64,000 bases of DNA from an uncultured Desulfarculus sp. (GTDB lineage Bacteria; Desulfobacterota; Desulfarculia; Desulfarculales; Desulfarculaceae). The position numbers were made by a program, and so were the translations under genes. Every line of letters begins with the position of its first letter. Position 1 is the first letter of the stretch. The stretch is from contig CAXXUK010000001.1 in assembly GCA_963665125.2 (NCBI GenBank), forward strand, positions 1,792,001 to 1,856,000, given 5' to 3'. Positions 1 to 10,420 of this stretch are shown here, piece after piece. Under the pieces are notes generated by a model. That model did no database searches. It was not told where the DNA came from and worked only from the letters and a program-made list of their open reading frames with translations.

Positions 1-1
1 C

Positions 2-502
2 GACGGCGATCCGGGCCGGGCGGCGGACCTGCGCCGGTTTTCCACGGCCGCCAAAGGCCTGGCCTCGTTGATGGAGGCCAACGTCAAGGTCAACGCGGAG
101 TTGATGCCCAGGGAGGCCTCGCTTTTGTTGCTGTTGCCCATGCTTTTGGGCGACGGCCTGGACCGGGGCCAGCTTCTGTTTGACCTGCCCGATCCGGAAA
201 CCAGACAAAGCCGGGGAGAAACCACCCGGTTGGTGTTTTTCCTGCATCTGTCCGGCCTGGGTCCGCTGGTCATCGAGGCCCAGGTGGCGCCGGGCCTGAT
301 TAAGGCCGATTTTCTGGTGGACCGGCCGGAGAAGGCCGAGTTTTTGAAACAGCGGCTGCCCGAGTTGTCGAGTACCTTGCAAGTCCTGGGCTATGAAGCC
401 TTTTTCAGCGTGCACGTGCATCCCAGCGAGGAACTGGAACAACAGTCCCCCTTGGCCGGCCTGATCCGCCAGGACGGTCACTATCTGTCGGTGACCGTAT
501 GA
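2..502 (+). CDS. fliK: Flagellar hook-length control protein FliK, C-terminal domain (5' truncated by window edge)
   Basis: Frame is open from base 2. The motif FFLHLSGLGPLVIEA...FLKQRLPELSSTL resembles the FliK C-domain, and the gene precedes a FlhB-tail gene. Confidence 0.65.
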   Translation, partial: DGDPGRAADLRRFSTAAKGLASLMEANVKVNAELMPREASLLLLLPMLLGDGLDRGQLLFDLPDPETRQSRGETTRLVFFLHLSGLGPLVIEAQVAPGLIKADFLVDRPEKAEFLKQRLPELSSTLQVLGYEAFFSVHVHPSEELEQQSPLAGLIRQDGHYLSVTV

Positions 503-807
503 AAGACCAGCAAAAGCCCATCAAGATCAAAAAAGCCGTGGCCGTGCGCTACAAGCCCGGAGAAGACGACGCCCCCAGGGTCACGGCCAAGGGGCGCTCC
601 AAGGTGGCCGATCGCATCCTGGAGCTGGCCCGGGAACACGGCATACCCATCAAGGAAGACCCCGACCTGGTGGAAGTCCTGTCGCGATTGGACCTGGACC
701 AGGAAATACCGCCGGATCTTTACGTGGTCGTCGCCGAGATACTTGCCTTTGTCTACAAGGCCAACCAGGACTGGCGGCAAAGATTCACTGACAGCCAAAC
801 CAGGTAG
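499..807 (+). CDS. FlhB C-terminal-domain protein (FlhX/YlqH-like, EscU/YscU family)
   Basis: AVAVRY..APRVTAKG..ADRILELAREHGIPIKED..LVEVL..EIPPDLYVVVAEILAFVY is the FlhB cytoplasmic tail signature; ATGA overlap with fliK. Confidence 0.9.
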   Translation: MKDQQKPIKIKKAVAVRYKPGEDDAPRVTAKGRSKVADRILELAREHGIPIKEDPDLVEVLSRLDLDQEIPPDLYVVVAEILAFVYKANQDWRQRFTDSQTR

Positions 808-884
808 GCAATTACTTCCGGCCGCCAACATAACGCCGCCCTACGCCAACAACCCGACACGCTCCCAGACAAACCAATATCAGT

Positions 885-897
885 CAATCAATTGATT
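885..897 (-). promoter_or_regulatory. Putative IHF site
   Basis: AATCAATTGATTG on the minus strand matches WATCAANNNNTTR, in an AT-rich patch upstream of a sigma54 promoter. Confidence 0.55.
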
Positions 898-959
898 TAA
901 TTATTATTTTATCAATTTACGCCATCAACAAACGCAAGTTTGCCACGCTTTCGCCGCGC

Positions 960-975
960 TGGCATGGACGTTGCA
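960..975 (+). promoter_or_regulatory. sigma54 (-24/-12) promoter of the flgF operon
   Basis: TGGCATGGACGTTGCA, GG-N10-GC spacing, about 40 bp before flgF. Confidence 0.85.
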
Positions 976-1013
976 ATAATCAGGAGCGAATTGTTTGGCG
1001 GAGAGAAACCCAG

Positions 1014-1709
1014 ATGTATTACGACCAAGGATTAACCGACGCAGCGTACGGCAGCCTGATCCAGATTCGCAACATGGACATGACTGCCAACAACCTGGCC
1101 AACTCGGCCACCAGTGGGTACAAGGCCGACCGCCTGGTTTTTGACGATGCGCTTTCCCGCGAACTGAAGACGGACTTCAGCCAGGGTTCCCTGCGCGAAA
1201 CGGGCAACAAACTCGACCTGGCCATAACCGGCGAAGGTTTTTTCATGATCAACACGCCCGACGGCCAGCGTCTTACCCGCAGCGGCGTCTTTCAGACGAC
1301 GGCCCAGGGCGCGCTGGTCACTCCGGAAGGCCATCAGGTCCTGGACAGCAACCGCGCGCCCATCACCCTGAACCCGGCCGGCGGCGACATCTACGTCGAC
1401 GAGCAGGGCAATATCTATCAGGAGGGCGAGCAGGTGGCCACCATCGCCATTGTCGAGCCCACGGACATGGGCTCCTTGATGAAGGACGGCCGCACATCGT
1501 TCATGAACTCCGACGGCAACCTGCCGGAAACGACGCCGGGCGACAACTTTTCAATCGCCCAGGGCGCCATCGAGATGAGCAACGTCAACATAGTCAAGCA
1601 GATGGTCAGCATGATCACCGCCCAGCGTGCCTTCGAATCCTACCAGAAGGCCATCCATTCTTTGTCTGAGATAGACCAAAAAGCCGTCAATCAGGTCGGC
1701 AAGGTTTAG
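1014..1709 (+). CDS. flgF: Flagellar basal-body rod protein FlgF
   Basis: ANNLAN, TDFSQG, DLAITGEGFF and EMSNVN motifs; directly upstream of flgG. Confidence 0.9.
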   Translation: MYYDQGLTDAAYGSLIQIRNMDMTANNLANSATSGYKADRLVFDDALSRELKTDFSQGSLRETGNKLDLAITGEGFFMINTPDGQRLTRSGVFQTTAQGALVTPEGHQVLDSNRAPITLNPAGGDIYVDEQGNIYQEGEQVATIAIVEPTDMGSLMKDGRTSFMNSDGNLPETTPGDNFSIAQGAIEMSNVNIVKQMVSMITAQRAFESYQKAIHSLSEIDQKAVNQVGKV

Positions 1710-1724
1710 TGGAGGATATGAGCC

Positions 1725-2507
1725 ATGATGAGGAGCCTTTACACCGCGGCCACGGGAATGACCGCCCAGGAACTCAACCTGGATGTAATTTCCAACAACT
1801 TGGCCAACGTCAACACCACCGGTTTTAAAAAGAGCCGGGCCGACTTTGAAGACCTGATGTACCAGACCATGCGCCAGCCCGGCGCCCAGCAGGCCGGCGG
1901 CAACATGATCCCCACCGGCAAGCAGGTGGGCATGGGCGTTCGGCCCGTGGCCATCCAGAAGATCTGGACCCAGGGCGACTATCAGCAGACCGACAACCAG
2001 CTGGACATCGCCATTGAGGGCGACGGCTTCTTCCTGATCCAGAAGGACAACGAAGACGTCTACACCAGGGACGGATCGTTCAAGCTCAACAACAACCGCG
2101 ACATCGTCGACAGCAACGGCAACCTGTTGGTGCCCCAGATGACGGTGCCGGAAAACACCACCTCCATCACCGTCGACCCCAACGGTCTGGTGACGGCCCT
2201 GGCCTCCGACGGCGTGGCCACCGAATTGGGCAACGTCCAGCTCTACACGTTCCCCAACGCCTCGGGCCTGATGGCCGTGGGCCGCAACTACTTCCGCGAG
2301 ACCCCCGCCTCGGGCGCTCCCGTGGCCGGCGACCCCGGCACGGACCAGTACGGCACCCTGGCCCAGGGTTTCCTGGAAATGAGCAACGTCAGCGTGGTGG
2401 ACGAAATGGTCAACATGATCGTGGCCCAGAGGGCCTACGAAGCCAACTCCAAGGCCATCACCACCGCCGACCAGATGCTTCAGACCGCCAACCAGGTCAA
2501 GCGGTAA
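1725..2507 (+). CDS. flgG: Flagellar distal rod protein FlgG
   Basis: MRSLYTAATGM..SNNLANVNTTGFKKSRADFEDLMYQ; QGFLEMSNV; QRAYEANSK; 260 aa. Confidence 0.97.
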   Translation: MMRSLYTAATGMTAQELNLDVISNNLANVNTTGFKKSRADFEDLMYQTMRQPGAQQAGGNMIPTGKQVGMGVRPVAIQKIWTQGDYQQTDNQLDIAIEGDGFFLIQKDNEDVYTRDGSFKLNNNRDIVDSNGNLLVPQMTVPENTTSITVDPNGLVTALASDGVATELGNVQLYTFPNASGLMAVGRNYFRETPASGAPVAGDPGTDQYGTLAQGFLEMSNVSVVDEMVNMIVAQRAYEANSKAITTADQMLQTANQVKR

Positions 2508-2519
2508 GGAGTCTTAGTC

Positions 2520-3488
2520 ATGCGGCTTAACAGGACGGCAATAATCATAATCGCTTTGACGGCCCTGCTGGCGGCCGCCGCCGCCCAGGCTGCAACCGGT
2601 GTCTTGTCTTTTCGCGCCAACGCCGAAGTGGACGTCAGGCGCATCAGCCTTTTGGATCTGGTGGATGATCCGGCCGGGCTGGATCAGCAGGTCAGGGACA
2701 AGCTCAAGATGGTCTTTGTCTGCATCGCCCCCACCAAGGGCAACACCCGCACCATCAGGGGAGAGGCCCTGCGCAGCCTGTTGAAGAAGGCCAACCTTCC
2801 CAAGGACCTGACCACGCTGCTGCCCGCCGAGGTCAGCATCCGCCGGGCCGTGCAGTTGATCGAAAGCACGGACATCGCCCAGGCCTACCGCGATGCGGTG
2901 ATGAGGCGGCTGGGCCCCGGCGCCAACAAGGTCGATATCCACTCCATCAAGACCGGCTCCGAGCAGGCCGTCACCGCCGGTGATGTCGAGTACAAGGTCC
3001 GATTCCTCAGCGACCGGATTCTGGGCCGGGTGCCCGCCCTGGTCGAGCTGATCGTCAATGGCCGCAAGGTTCGCCACGTCCGGGTCACCGGAATCGTCGA
3101 TGTCTACTCGGCGGTGGTCGTGGCCAGCCGCACCATGAGCCGCGGCCAGATCATCGGCCCCGAAGACGTGGAACTCTGCCGCATGAACCTGGCCGAAGCC
3201 CCCCGCGGCGTGGTCAGCGACCCCGACCGCCTGGTTGGCATGCGCACCAGGGGCTCCATCGGAGCCGGCGAAGCCATCGAGATGAGCTGGGTCGAACGCA
3301 CCCCGCTGATCAAGCGCGGCGACATCGTAACAATGATAGTTAATGCTCCCGGCCTGAAGATTAGCACCAAGGGCCGCGCCGAGCAGACCGGATACAGCGG
3401 CGGCTCCATCCGCCTGACCAACCTGGCCACCCAACGCACCGTCGCCGGCCGAGTCAACGACGACGGAACGGTTGTGGTGGAATTCTAG
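2520..3488 (+). CDS. flgA: P-ring formation chaperone FlgA
   Basis: Signal peptide and C-terminal SAF-like region (VVVASRTMSRGQII..LIKRGDIV..KGRAEQTG..IRLTN); located between flgG and flgH. Confidence 0.9.
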   Translation: MRLNRTAIIIIALTALLAAAAAQAATGVLSFRANAEVDVRRISLLDLVDDPAGLDQQVRDKLKMVFVCIAPTKGNTRTIRGEALRSLLKKANLPKDLTTLLPAEVSIRRAVQLIESTDIAQAYRDAVMRRLGPGANKVDIHSIKTGSEQAVTAGDVEYKVRFLSDRILGRVPALVELIVNGRKVRHVRVTGIVDVYSAVVVASRTMSRGQIIGPEDVELCRMNLAEAPRGVVSDPDRLVGMRTRGSIGAGEAIEMSWVERTPLIKRGDIVTMIVNAPGLKISTKGRAEQTGYSGGSIRLTNLATQRTVAGRVNDDGTVVVEF

Positions 3489-3499
3489 GAGGCTCGACC

Positions 3500-4183
3500 A
3501 TGAGAACTAAAGCCATGGCCACCCTGATCATCGCCGCCAGCATCTGCATGGCCGGCTGCGCCACCGACCCCGGCAAGTTCGAGGCCAAGCTTCCGCCCAC
3601 GCCGCCGCCGCGCTATGACCTGAAGATGCCCAAGCCCACGGCCGGTTCGCTGTTCGTGGCGGCCAAGAGCGACTACTTCACGGATCTGCGGGCCCGCCAG
3701 GTCGGCGACGTCATCGTGGTGGAGATCGTTGAAAATTCCAAGGCCTACAAGAAGAACGACACAAAGGCCGAACGCAAGACCAACTACGCAATCGGCGTGG
3801 CCAACTTCCTGGGCGCCGAAGACACGGTGCTCGGCGAAAACCCCGACAAGCTGATCACGGCCAATTTCAACAACAAGAGCGACGCCAAGGCCCAACTCTC
3901 AAAGCAGGACACCATGACCAGCTCCATCGGCTGCACGGTCATCGAGGTGCTGGCCAACGGCAACATGATCATCAAGGGCTCCCGTGAACTTCAGGTTAAC
4001 GGCGAGACCCAGTACATCGTCCTGCAGGGCACCGTTCGCCCCACGGACGTGACCACCGACAACACTGTTTATTCCACGCAGCTGGCCGACGCCACCATCC
4101 ATTACACCGGCCGCGGCGTCCTGAGCGACAAGCAGACCCCCGGCTGGCTGGGACGTTTGATCGACCATATCTGGCCTTTCTAG
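3500..4183 (+). CDS. flgH: L-ring lipoprotein FlgH
   Basis: Lipobox MAGC; DLRARQVGD, VLANGNM, GTVRP, GWLGR..WPF. Confidence 0.96.
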   Translation: MRTKAMATLIIAASICMAGCATDPGKFEAKLPPTPPPRYDLKMPKPTAGSLFVAAKSDYFTDLRARQVGDVIVVEIVENSKAYKKNDTKAERKTNYAIGVANFLGAEDTVLGENPDKLITANFNNKSDAKAQLSKQDTMTSSIGCTVIEVLANGNMIIKGSRELQVNGETQYIVLQGTVRPTDVTTDNTVYSTQLADATIHYTGRGVLSDKQTPGWLGRLIDHIWPF

Positions 4184-4194
4184 TGAGGTGTGAG

Positions 4195-5298
4195 ATGAAG
4201 CTCCGCAGCGCAGTAATCATCATCATCGCCCTGAGCATTCTGCTCCTGGCGGGCCAGGCCTGGGCCGTGCGCCTCAAGGACATGGCCGACATTCACGGCG
4301 TGCGCAGCAACCAGCTCATCGGTTACGGGCTGGTGGTGGGTCTGAACGGCAGCGGCGACAAATCCGCCACCACATTCACCGTGCAGGGCCTGACCAACAT
4401 GCTCACCCGCATGGGGGTCAAGGTCTCAGCGGACAAGGTCAAGGTCAAGAACGTGGCCGCGGTCATGGTCACAGCCGAGTTGCCGCCCTACGCCCGCACC
4501 GGCAGCCGCATCGACATTACGCTCAGCTCTCTGGGCGACGCCACCAGCCTGGCCGGCGGCACCCTGATCATGACTCCCCTCAAGGGCGTCAACGGCGAGA
4601 TCTACGCCGTGGCCCAGGGCCCGGTCAGCGTGGGTGGTTTTTCAGCCGGCGGCGAAGCGGCCAGCGTTTCCAAGAACCACCCCACCGTGGGCCGCATCCC
4701 CGGCGGAGCGCTGATTGAGCGCGAAGTCAACGAGACCTTCGGCGAAAACCGCAAGCTGTCGGTGAACCTGAACACGCCGGACTTCACCACGGCCTCCAGG
4801 GTGGCCCAGAGCATCCGCAGGGACCTGCCATCGCTCAATCCCAAGGCCTTGGACCCCTCCACAGTGGAAATCATCCTGCCCGAAGACGGCAGGGACTATG
4901 TGGGCCTGATGGCCCGCCTGGAAAACCTGGAGATCCAGCCAGACGTCTCGGCCAAGGTCGTGGTCGATGAACGCACCGGCACGGTGGTCATGGGCGAAGC
5001 GGTGCGCATCAGCACAGTGGCCGTGGCCTCGGGGGCCCTGAGCATCAGCGTCACCGAAACCGACGAGGTCAGCCAGGCCCTGCCCTTGGCACCCGGCGGC
5101 GAGACGGTCGTGGTGCCGCGCACCGAAGTCAAGGTCGGTGAGCAAAAGGTGCCCTTGGCCGTGGTCAAGAGCGGCGTTTCCATCGGCCAGGTGGTCAAGG
5201 CTTTGAACGCACTGGGCGCCACTCCCAGAGATCTGATCGTCATCCTCCAGGCCATCGAGGCCGCGGGGGCCTTGCAGGCAAAGCTGGAGATTATCTAG
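4195..5298 (+). CDS. flgI: P-ring protein FlgI
   Basis: RLKD..GVRSNQLIGYGLVVGLNGSGD, KNVAAVMVTA, GALQAKL; ATG at 4195 after GAGG. Confidence 0.97.
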   Translation: MKLRSAVIIIIALSILLLAGQAWAVRLKDMADIHGVRSNQLIGYGLVVGLNGSGDKSATTFTVQGLTNMLTRMGVKVSADKVKVKNVAAVMVTAELPPYARTGSRIDITLSSLGDATSLAGGTLIMTPLKGVNGEIYAVAQGPVSVGGFSAGGEAASVSKNHPTVGRIPGGALIEREVNETFGENRKLSVNLNTPDFTTASRVAQSIRRDLPSLNPKALDPSTVEIILPEDGRDYVGLMARLENLEIQPDVSAKVVVDERTGTVVMGEAVRISTVAVASGALSISVTETDEVSQALPLAPGGETVVVPRTEVKVGEQKVPLAVVKSGVSIGQVVKALNALGATPRDLIVILQAIEAAGALQAKLEII

Positions 5299-5299
5299 C

Positions 5300-6058
5300 A
5301 TGACCACCGGCAGCACCTACATACCGCCTAGCTACGACGTCAACACTAGCGGCCTGAACAAGCAGGAGTTGGAAAAGGCCAAGCTGAGCCAGGCCTGCAA
5401 GATGTTCGAGGCGTATTTCCTCAAGGAAATGATGTCGGCCATGCGCAGCACCCTGACCGGCGATCATCTGCTCTACGGCGGCAATGCCGAAGACATCTTT
5501 ACCGACATGCTCGACCAGGCCTATGCCGACGAGGCCGTCCAAGGCAGCGGCATGGGCCTTTCGGCGGTCCTGGAGCAACAGTTGACCAAGCAGGCCCCGG
5601 TGCGGCCCAGCGTCAACCTGGGCGCGACGGCTTCCTACGGCAGCAGTTCGGTGACCATCGAAACGCCATTGCAGGGCGAGATCACCAGCCTGTTCGGCAC
5701 GCGCATCCATCCCATCACCGGCGAGGAGCATAGCCACACCGGCATCGACCTGGCGGCCAAAGAAGGCACCGAAATCGAAGCCGCGGCCAGCGGACAAGTG
5801 GTTTTCGCCGGCGAAAAAGGCGGCTACGGCAACCTGGTTATAGTCGAGCACGCCGACGGCCAGCAAACCTACTACGCCCATTGCAGCGAACTGCTGGTCG
5901 AGCAGGGCCAAAAGGTCGCCAAGGGCCAAACAATTGCCCAGGTGGGCAGCACGGGAACCTCAACCGGACCACACTTGCATTTTGAACTTCGCGATGCATC
6001 AGGTACACCCCAAGACCCCCTGCCCCTGATAAAGGCCGGGCTGGATCTGACAGCGTAG
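5300..6058 (+). CDS. flgJ: FlgJ rod-binding domain fused to an M23 metallopeptidase
   Basis: N-terminal FEAYFLKEMMSAMR..FTDMLD..GMGLS (rod-capping domain); C-terminal HTGID and HLHFE (M23 HxxxD/HxH). Confidence 0.85.
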   Translation: MTTGSTYIPPSYDVNTSGLNKQELEKAKLSQACKMFEAYFLKEMMSAMRSTLTGDHLLYGGNAEDIFTDMLDQAYADEAVQGSGMGLSAVLEQQLTKQAPVRPSVNLGATASYGSSSVTIETPLQGEITSLFGTRIHPITGEEHSHTGIDLAAKEGTEIEAAASGQVVFAGEKGGYGNLVIVEHADGQQTYYAHCSELLVEQGQKVAKGQTIAQVGSTGTSTGPHLHFELRDASGTPQDPLPLIKAGLDLTA

Positions 6059-6068
6059 GAGAAAAACC

Positions 6069-6554
6069 ATGCAGCACGCCGTTGAAATAATTACCGCCGA
6101 ACTGGCGAAGGAAGTTCAATGTTACCGTGAACTTCTGGAAGTGGTGCAGGCGGAAAGGGACATTCTTCTCAATGGCGACCACAAGCGGCTGATGGGCACC
6201 GCCGAACAAAAACTCAGTCTTACCGAGCGGCTGGCCGCGGCCCAGGAAAACCGCCGCGAGGCCATGGTGGCCGTTAGCGGCACCCCGGACACACCGGCCA
6301 AGTTGATCGACCTGACACCGTTTTTGCCCCAGGAGAGCCGGGCCGATTTCCGCAGCACCGTTAGGGAAGCGGCCCGCCTGGCCAAGCGGCTGTCCCAGCT
6401 CAACGAAGGCAACAAGGGCTTTATCGAAGAGGCGCTGGATACGGTGGATCATTTACTAAGTATCATTACAGGATCGAACAAGGCCAGCACATATGACTCC
6501 CGGGGCATGACTCGCGGCAGCGCCGGACGCAGGCTCGTGGCCAAGGAGGTCTGA
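6069..6554 (+). CDS. flgN: Export chaperone FlgN
   Basis: Helical 161 aa protein ending LNEGN...TYDSRG, immediately upstream of flgK. Confidence 0.8.
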   Translation: MQHAVEIITAELAKEVQCYRELLEVVQAERDILLNGDHKRLMGTAEQKLSLTERLAAAQENRREAMVAVSGTPDTPAKLIDLTPFLPQESRADFRSTVREAARLAKRLSQLNEGNKGFIEEALDTVDHLLSIITGSNKASTYDSRGMTRGSAGRRLVAKEV

Positions 6555-6556
6555 TT

Positions 6557-8293
6557 ATGCCCGGCATCTACAGTATGATGGACATATCCCGCTGGGCGCT
6601 CAATTCGTGCACCGACCAGCTCAACGTCATCAGCCACAACGTGGCCAATGTCAACACCGAGGGGTATTCCAGGCAGTCGGCGGTTTTGGCCACGCGTACT
6701 CCGGAGCTCACCGGATCGGGCGCCTATGGTCATGGCGTCGAGACCACCACGGTGATCCAGTATGCCGATTCGCTGCTCAGCGAGAGGCTGACCTCCAAAA
6801 AATCCGACTTGTTATACTATGATGCCCGGACATCGCAGCTCAAGCGGCTGGAAGCACTGGCCAACGAGGCCGGAGAAACAGGTCTGGGCAACGAGCTTAC
6901 CAACTTCTTCAACTCCTGGCAGGATCTGAGCAACAATCCAACGTCGTCGGCGGTGCGCAACTCCCTGCTGGAAACCTCCAACAACCTGGTGGAGCGTTTC
7001 CATTCCATAACCACCGACATGCTGGCAGTGCAGCGCGACATCGACGGCTACATCAAGGACGCCGTGGGCCAGGTCAACACGATCTGCCGCAGTATCGCCG
7101 AGTTGAACAACAAAATCCAGCAGATGGAGATAACCGGCCACACGGCCAACGACTACCGCGACGAACGCCAGAGGCAGCTCAGCAAGCTGTCGGGCCTGAT
7201 GAATATCGACTGGTACGAAGACAATAAGGGCGCGGTGAGCGTACAGACCACCAGCGGCAAGACCCTGGTTCAAAACAGCTACCCCAGCAGCACCGACCCG
7301 GATCCCTTGAACTATGAGTCCAAGGCCGACGAGGGCTACAAGTGGAACCAGATCACCTGGTCTGACAGTGGCCTGACCATGGACTACACCGAGATCACCG
7401 GCGGTCAGATCGGCGCTTGGTTGCAGGTCCGCGACGAAGACATCGAGGAAATGCTCGACTATATGAACGAGCTTGCCGAGGGCGTCATCTATGAAACCAA
7501 CAAGGTCCACTCCTCCGGCGCGGGCCTGGACCTGTTCAGCAGCGTAACGGGCACCTACACGGCCGAGGATTCGTCGGCCGCGCTCAACGCAACGGTGAAC
7601 GGTGAGGAGAACCTTTCTTTTGGCGACAAAATCGTCAGCGGATCGTTCGACATCTGGGTTTACCAGTCAGGCACCCGGACCAAGACAACCATCAATATCG
7701 ACCCCACCGATTCGCTGGATGACGTTGTCTCGGCCATCAACTCGGTCACCGGGTTGACCGCCTCGGTTTCTTCGCTGGGCGCACTATCGATACACGCCGA
7801 TGAAGGCGTGGAGTTCGGATTCGCCAATGACACCAGCAACGCCTTGGCCGCCTTGGGCGTGAACACCTATTTCTCGGGTGACACGGCCACGAGCATCGCG
7901 GTCAACAGCGTCCTCTCAAATGACGTGCGCAAGATCTGCGCCGGGGTCCTGTCCGAGGACGGTTCCCACTCCGAGGGCAGCAACACCTGCGCCCTGGATA
8001 TCGCCGACCTCAAGGACGCCGACACCATGACCGACAACACCGAGACATTCAACGAGTCTTTGATATCCTGGGCGGCGAGCCTGGGTACGGTCATCGAGCA
8101 CAGCGAAGACAACTACGCCTTTGCCGAAGAAACCATGACCCAGCTCAACAATCTGCGCGACTCGGTTTCCGGAGTCAACACGGACGAGGAAATGGTCAAG
8201 ATGATCCAGTACCAGCGCGCCTATCAGATGGCGGCCCAGATGATAAAGGTCAGTGACGAACTGTTACAAACATTGCTCCAGACCGGTGCGTGA
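6557..8293 (+). CDS. flgK: Hook-associated protein 1 FlgK
   Basis: SHNVANVNTEGYSRQ; SVSGVNTDEEM..YQRAYQ. Confidence 0.97.
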   Translation: MPGIYSMMDISRWALNSCTDQLNVISHNVANVNTEGYSRQSAVLATRTPELTGSGAYGHGVETTTVIQYADSLLSERLTSKKSDLLYYDARTSQLKRLEALANEAGETGLGNELTNFFNSWQDLSNNPTSSAVRNSLLETSNNLVERFHSITTDMLAVQRDIDGYIKDAVGQVNTICRSIAELNNKIQQMEITGHTANDYRDERQRQLSKLSGLMNIDWYEDNKGAVSVQTTSGKTLVQNSYPSSTDPDPLNYESKADEGYKWNQITWSDSGLTMDYTEITGGQIGAWLQVRDEDIEEMLDYMNELAEGVIYETNKVHSSGAGLDLFSSVTGTYTAEDSSAALNATVNGEENLSFGDKIVSGSFDIWVYQSGTRTKTTINIDPTDSLDDVVSAINSVTGLTASVSSLGALSIHADEGVEFGFANDTSNALAALGVNTYFSGDTATSIAVNSVLSNDVRKICAGVLSEDGSHSEGSNTCALDIADLKDADTMTDNTETFNESLISWAASLGTVIEHSEDNYAFAEETMTQLNNLRDSVSGVNTDEEMVKMIQYQRAYQMAAQMIKVSDELLQTLLQTGA

Positions 8294-8301
8294 GGTAACT
8301 G

Positions 8302-10119
8302 ATGCGCGTTAGTCAGATGACATTCTACCGGATCACCTCCCAGCAGGTCAGCCGGTATCAGAGCGAATTGGCCAAGCTCAACGAACAGATCGCCACCCAA
8401 AAGCAGATCAACAGGCCCAGCGACAATGCGATAAACACCATCACCGTCTACAACTCGCACGTCCAACAGACGGACATCACCCAATACTTCACCAACCTGG
8501 ATCACGCCCAGAGTTGGCTGGAGCAGGCTGACAGCGATTTCGGCAATATGACCGACGTTATGACCCAAGTCCGAGCCCTGGCTGAACAGATGGCCACCGG
8601 CACCATGGACGCGGCCAACCGTCAAATCGCCGGAAACACGGCATTCGATTACATTAGCGATTTTATCCAGTTCGCCAACTCGGAGATAGCGGGCAGCCAC
8701 ATCTATTCGGGCTCCGCGACAGCGAGTTCAGCCTTGCAACAGGAACTCAAAGTCGACGACATGGCCACCGCTTCCACGACGAACACGGGCAGCGGATCGA
8801 TATACGGTATGGGCACCTATGAAGGGTTCATGAGCCGGACCATCACCCTGGAGGCCACGGCCACGCCAAATGAATTCAATGTCAGCTACGTGGACGACTA
8901 TGGCCGCGCCAGAACAGGCACGGTCACTTTGGCCGCCAGCGGAGCAGGCAATGCGGTGGAAATCTGCGACGGCGTGGAGATATACATCGACGCGGGCAGT
9001 TTTTCCGCCGGCGACACCTACACCCTGAACGTGGGCAGGCAAACCGGAAACACCGACGACCTCTACGCCAACTTGTCCTGGGACAACCGCCTGCGCTACA
9101 ACTACACGCCCGACGAATTTTACGGAGAAGAGGGCAACGACGGTTCAGGCTGGAACAATATATTGGATATATTGGCTAATTGGTCGTATTATCTTTCCCT
9201 GGACGGCCAGGAGCACGATTATTTCGAAGCGGTTCCCAACGTAAACAACGACCCCACCCATTCAGGCAATTTTCAGGTCTCCGGTGATTGGGACACTTTG
9301 GAGGCGCTGGAATATCAGTTCAACATAGGCGGCCCGATCCAAAGCGACGCCTCGGCCGCCGACAGGGCCCACTTCACGGATTTCTCGGTGGACGCCAGTT
9401 GGTCGGGCGGCAAACCCAGCGCCAGCAACCCCATGATCATCAACTACACCTATGACGGTGCATTCGGCGGCGTGCCCGCGGGCAACTACCAGATCACCAT
9501 CACCGGCACCGGGCCGGACGCCAGCTTTGCCCTTTGCGACGGCGGGGTGGATATCACCTTGGCAGAAGCGGCCTATTACAACACGGATCCAACCTGGCAG
9601 CTGACCTCGGCTTATGATGACAGCCAACCGCCCAGCGCCACCAACCCCATGGAGGTCACCTACACGTATCTGGATGATTTTGGCGTACGCCAAAAGGCCA
9701 CGGCCACATTTACCGGCACCGGCGACGATACGACCATCTCCCTGGAGCCCTCCGGCAACGGAATAACCGTTTCCCTCAGTGAAGACGGCACGTTCGGCTT
9801 GTTCGACAGATGGGATCTGACCCTGCAGCAATACAATCAGGGCCAATCACGCAGCCAAGAGGCGATAGAGGAACTTGAGCAAGCCATGAACAACCTGTTA
9901 AAATACCGCGCAGATGCCGGTGCGAAGCTCAATCGCCTGGATGTACGCACCAACTTCTTTACCGATGATGAACTGCGCATAGAGGGGCGCTTCTCCAGAC
10001 TCGAAGATCTGGATGTAGCCACGGCCACGGCTGAATGGAACATACAGATGACCATGTATGAGGCAGCCTTGCAAGCAACAGCTATGGTTTCCAGCGTCTC
10101 TCTGGCAAATTACATTTAG
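8302..10119 (+). CDS. flgL: Hook-associated protein 3 FlgL (605 aa, enlarged central region)
   Basis: MRVSQ..IATQKQINRPSD; GAKLNRL..LEDLDVA..YEAALQ..SLANYI. Confidence 0.93.
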   Translation: MRVSQMTFYRITSQQVSRYQSELAKLNEQIATQKQINRPSDNAINTITVYNSHVQQTDITQYFTNLDHAQSWLEQADSDFGNMTDVMTQVRALAEQMATGTMDAANRQIAGNTAFDYISDFIQFANSEIAGSHIYSGSATASSALQQELKVDDMATASTTNTGSGSIYGMGTYEGFMSRTITLEATATPNEFNVSYVDDYGRARTGTVTLAASGAGNAVEICDGVEIYIDAGSFSAGDTYTLNVGRQTGNTDDLYANLSWDNRLRYNYTPDEFYGEEGNDGSGWNNILDILANWSYYLSLDGQEHDYFEAVPNVNNDPTHSGNFQVSGDWDTLEALEYQFNIGGPIQSDASAADRAHFTDFSVDASWSGGKPSASNPMIINYTYDGAFGGVPAGNYQITITGTGPDASFALCDGGVDITLAEAAYYNTDPTWQLTSAYDDSQPPSATNPMEVTYTYLDDFGVRQKATATFTGTGDDTTISLEPSGNGITVSLSEDGTFGLFDRWDLTLQQYNQGQSRSQEAIEELEQAMNNLLKYRADAGAKLNRLDVRTNFFTDDELRIEGRFSRLEDLDVATATAEWNIQMTMYEAALQATAMVSSVSLANYI

Positions 10120-10177
10120 CGGCCGGGGCAATGTTTTTTCATGCTGCGGTTGTTCGACTAACCCAAGGATTGATTAG

Positions 10178-10420
10178 TTGCTGATACTCACCCGCAAGGT
10201 CGGACAAAGCATCACCATTGGTGACGGATCGGTCACTGTCAGCGTGATGGAAATCAAGGGCCGCCAGGTCAGGCTGGGCATAGACGCTCCGGCGGATACG
10301 CCTATCCATCGCCAGGAGATTTTTCAAAAAATCGTGGAAGCTAACAAGGAATCGGCCGCGGCCGCGGCTGACGATCTCGATCTGATCAGCTCCTTGTTGA
10401 GCGGGGAGGACGGCAAATGA
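10178..10420 (+). CDS. csrA: Carbon storage regulator CsrA (TTG start)
   Basis: MLILTRKVGQSITIGD..VRLGIDAP..IHRQEI with a C-terminal extension typical of FliW-controlled CsrA. Confidence 0.97.
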   Translation: MLILTRKVGQSITIGDGSVTVSVMEIKGRQVRLGIDAPADTPIHRQEIFQKIVEANKESAAAAADDLDLISSLLSGEDGK

